A stretch of 64,000 nucleotides of DNA from an uncultured Actinomycetes bacterium (GTDB taxonomy: Bacteria; Actinomycetota; Acidimicrobiia; IMCC26256; JACDBD01), in contig CAVVDV010000005.1 in NCBI GenBank assembly GCA_963747195.1, positions 262,814 to 326,813 of the forward strand, given 5' to 3'. The first letter of the stretch is position 1. Each line of letters begins with the position of its first letter. A model generated the notes under the pieces. It had not been told where the DNA came from, did not search any database, and saw only the letters and a program-made list of their open reading frames with translations. The position numbers and the translations under genes were made by a program. Of the stretch, positions 63,610 to 64,000 are shown piece after piece.

Positions 63610-64000
63610 TCAGGCGGCCGCGCTCGCCGTGGCCAGCAGCCGGCGTGCCTCGCGTGGGTGCCGCAGGCGCAGCACCTCGAGATGCGCGTACTCCGGGCGC
63701 CGCAGCAGATCGGGGTACTTGCGACGCCGCTCGCCGTGCTTCACCCACGCCCAGCGGATCGGGTGCTCGGGATCAGCCCAGGTCCGCCAGTCCTCGCGGT
63801 TCTCGTTCCACATCGGCTTGCGCGTGATGGCGCGCCACACCGAGCGGCGGATCACGCGCACCATGATCAACGGACGCTCGTAGTCGAGCCACACCAGCTG
63901 GTCGGCGCGGCCCCAGACCAGGTCGCGCACCGCCTCGTAGTTGCCGTCGCAGACCCAACGGTCGCCGGCGGTCGCCGGCGTCGGTGCGCTCGCGCAACTC
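63610..64000 (-). CDS. P-loop NTPase / adenylate-kinase-like (topology-modulation-like) protein, 5' part beyond window
   Basis: ORF 63610..63930 (VWGRADQLVWLDYERPLIMVRVIRRSVWRAITRKPMWNENREDW...HPIRWAWVKHGERRRKY) continues upstream in the same frame (WVCDGNYEAV...) to the window edge. Confidence 0.55.
   Translation of the reverse strand, partial: SCASAPTPATAGDRWVCDGNYEAVRDLVWGRADQLVWLDYERPLIMVRVIRRSVWRAITRKPMWNENREDWRTWADPEHPIRWAWVKHGERRRKYPDLLRRPEYAHLEVLRLRHPREARRLLATASAAA

Overview
This is a 64 kb stretch of very high-GC, Actinomycetota-like chromosome. The lineage call rests on MMPL, F420-type LLM oxidoreductase, DinB, DUF222/HNH and UvrD2-like helicase genes. I can support about 60 protein-coding genes, mostly ordinary metabolism and housekeeping: galK, a GH2 and a GH43 glycosidase, gltB, purK, coaA, xthA, etfBA, acyl-CoA dehydrogenase, carboxyltransferase, P450, aldo/keto reductase, SDR, methyltransferases, hydrolases and an ABC-2 exporter. 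I found no rRNA, tRNA, CRISPR array, transposase or integrase.

The dominant technical feature is that many genes can only be followed by switching reading frame, dozens of times in total, while other blocks are perfectly intact. Coordinates and product calls in the broken blocks are therefore approximate, and some long ORFs in the track are artificial fusions of neighbouring genes.

The points most worth a second look are:
- A near-consensus promoter followed by a roughly 295-nt structured, non-coding leader upstream of the helicase (6482-6812).
- An ECF sigma factor translationally coupled to a PhyH-type dioxygenase that carries an N-terminal extension in the position of an anti-sigma factor (17942-19412).
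- A lower-GC island (about 28990-32150) with an intact MarR-ClC-USP cassette, lying next to a resident MarR/ClC pair that is frame-broken as assembled.
- A perfect LexA-type SOS box inside a consensus promoter driving a DUF222/HNH endonuclease gene (60463-61659).

I see no clear-cut new multi-gene system such as a defence island. All motif coordinates were indexed by hand and may be off by 1 nt.
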